Made by a program: the position numbers and the translations under genes
Shown here: positions 12,894-14,252 of the stretch, piece after piece
Layout of the letters: each line of letters begins with the position of its first letter
How positions within the stretch are numbered: position 1 is the stretch's first letter
The notes under the pieces: generated by a model
What the model saw: the letters and a program-made list of their open reading frames with translations, nothing else
Database searches by the model: none
Told to the model about the DNA's origin: nothing
Assembly: GCA_016839745.1 (NCBI GenBank)
Contig: JAEOTS010000103.1
Coordinates: 1 to 14,252, forward strand
Reading direction: 5' to 3'
Length of the DNA stretch: 14,252 nt
Source: Promethearchaeota archaeon
GTDB taxonomy: Archaea; Asgardarchaeota; Lokiarchaeia; Sigyniarchaeales; SOKP01

Positions 12894-14252
12894 TTATTCT
12901 TTTACGGTTTCTAAAAGCTCTTTAATTTCAGCTTGAATAACTTCAGCTTTTTTAGCTTCTTCGCCTTTAATGGCATTTGCAAGCTCAAGTCTTTCCCTGT
13001 GTAGCGTATTCATAGCACAGAATGGTACTTCGAGTGTTTTTGTGTTATCTTCAGGGTCTACAACACCATAGTGTACTAAACATCGGCATACTCTGTCCAA
13101 ATCAAAATTATATGCGTCTTGGAAATGCATTGCACTAATCATTAGGTTTTTCGTGTGGAGGAAGTTCGCGGCGCTTGCTAAGTTCGGGGAAGCGATAAGT
13201 CGCGCAAATCCTTGATAAGTTTTACTAGTTAAGATTTTTTCTGGATGTTTTACGTACTTAATTCCCCCAGCAAAGTAATATGCTTTCATCATCTGGCGGT
13301 ATCCTAAATCGGTCATTTCGTCTATAAATTTCCCAACAGTACTAGCAACAGCTCCAAAATCTTCAAGGTTTATGCCTTTTAAGAATCCTGTAGGTTTTGG
13401 GATTTCCTTATCTTGAACCATGTCATAAACTTTGTTTGACCACTCAATAAGACCTTGTGAGTCAAAATAATCTTCGAGGGATTCCCATTCGTTCTTGTCA
13501 TTAACAATTATTATTGTGGCGAAACCACAATCCTTGTGGCTTGTCATACCAAATTCGGGCATGTTATCGAACCAAGCTAATAAACGGGTCATTTTTGCCG
13601 TGGTTGCAATAGGATAAAATCTTTTTATAGCATTGTTTGTATGTTTATTTATGGCTACCTTGAGATCTGATGTCGTATACCTTAAATCCATCAGTTCTTC
13701 AAAACTGATCCGCCCACAAAGTGCGACTGGCTGGAAAATTACACCAGAACAAACATCGCTATTATCCTTAGCAAAGTCTAATATGTTTCCGATTTCGTGG
13801 TCGTTAACGCCTTTAGCAATCACAGGAACTAGCATTAAACCGAAATATCCAATTTTTCGACAGTTCTCAATAACGCGTTTCTTTAGCGGCCATAAATTAA
13901 CGCCACGAACCTTTTTCCAAGCTTCTGGATCATCCGTTGCGTCAAATTGTAAGTAGATCGCATCCATCCCTGCGTCTTTGCACTTCTGTAAGAAATCAAT
14001 AGACTTCGCGAACCTTACACCGTTGGTTGTCACCATAACTTCAGTGAAACCGAGTTCTTTTCCTTTACGGATGATATCTGGAAGATCATCTCTAATTGTA
14101 GGTTCTCCACCAGATATTTGGAGCATAACAGCTGGAACTGGTTTCATTGATCTAAAATGTTCCATTATTTGCACTATTTGATCGTACGTAGGTTCTACAA
14201 CATACCCTTTCGCACTAGCGTTGGCAAAACAAATTGGACAGGTTAAATTACA
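12894..14252 (-). CDS. tes: Tetraether lipid synthase Tes / GDGT-MAS (MJ0619 family radical SAM enzyme), partial (5' end beyond the right edge)
   Basis: The frame stays open to the window edge: CNLTCPICFANA (CxxxCxxC)...VEPTYDQI, then GGEPTIR, TNG, IYLQFD, GVND, FQPV, HKDCG, MHFQDAYNFD..RVCRCLVHY, PFCAMNTLHR, all typical of the family. Confidence 0.88.
   Translation of the reverse strand, partial: CNLTCPICFANASAKGYVVEPTYDQIVQIMEHFRSMKPVPAVMLQISGGEPTIRDDLPDIIRKGKELGFTEVMVTTNGVRFAKSIDFLQKCKDAGMDAIYLQFDATDDPEAWKKVRGVNLWPLKKRVIENCRKIGYFGLMLVPVIAKGVNDHEIGNILDFAKDNSDVCSGVIFQPVALCGRISFEELMDLRYTTSDLKVAINKHTNNAIKRFYPIATTAKMTRLLAWFDNMPEFGMTSHKDCGFATIIIVNDKNEWESLEDYFDSQGLIEWSNKVYDMVQDKEIPKPTGFLKGINLEDFGAVASTVGKFIDEMTDLGYRQMMKAYYFAGGIKYVKHPEKILTSKTYQGFARLIASPNLASAANFLHTKNLMISAMHFQDAYNFDLDRVCRCLVHYGVVDPEDNTKTLEVPFCAMNTLHRERLELANAIKGEEAKKAEVIQAEIKELLETVKE

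Noticed and set aside
13633-14181. Plus-strand ORFs 13633-13956 and 13978-14181
   Set aside because: Antisense to tes.
1-14252. CRISPR arrays, tRNA/rRNA genes, insertion sequences
   Set aside because: Intergenic gaps are short and AT-rich, with no repeat-spacer periodicity, cloverleaf or transposase seen.

Overview
AT-rich, gene-dense archaeal chromosomal region, very likely from an Asgard archaeon (Lokiarchaeia/Promethearchaeia-like). The assignment rests on an archaeal TBP, two unprenylated Rab-like small GTPases, a longin-like protein, the selenocysteine-pathway kinase PSTK and an archaeal CDC48. Gene order: tbp (partial, -), Rab-like GTPase 1 (-), hypothetical (-), acyP (-), DegT-family aminotransferase (-), longin/NPRL2-like + coiled-coil + winged-helix protein (-), GIY-YIG nuclease (+), pstK (+), cdc48 (+), atypical M24 hydrolase (+), M20 deacylase (+), class I/II aminotransferase (-), Rab-like GTPase 2 (-), V4R-like protein (-), tetraether synthase Tes/GDGT-MAS radical SAM enzyme (partial, -). 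No RNA genes, CRISPR arrays or transposases were seen. Most notable: a longin-coil-wHTH protein with an apparently non-canonical start, a Tes-V4R-Rab run, four TATA boxes in two inverted pairs upstream of tbp, a repeat-encoded acidic N-terminal arm on TBP, an M24 enzyme with a remodelled metal site, and two unexplained intergenic palindromes. All family calls come from motif recognition by eye; no searches were run.
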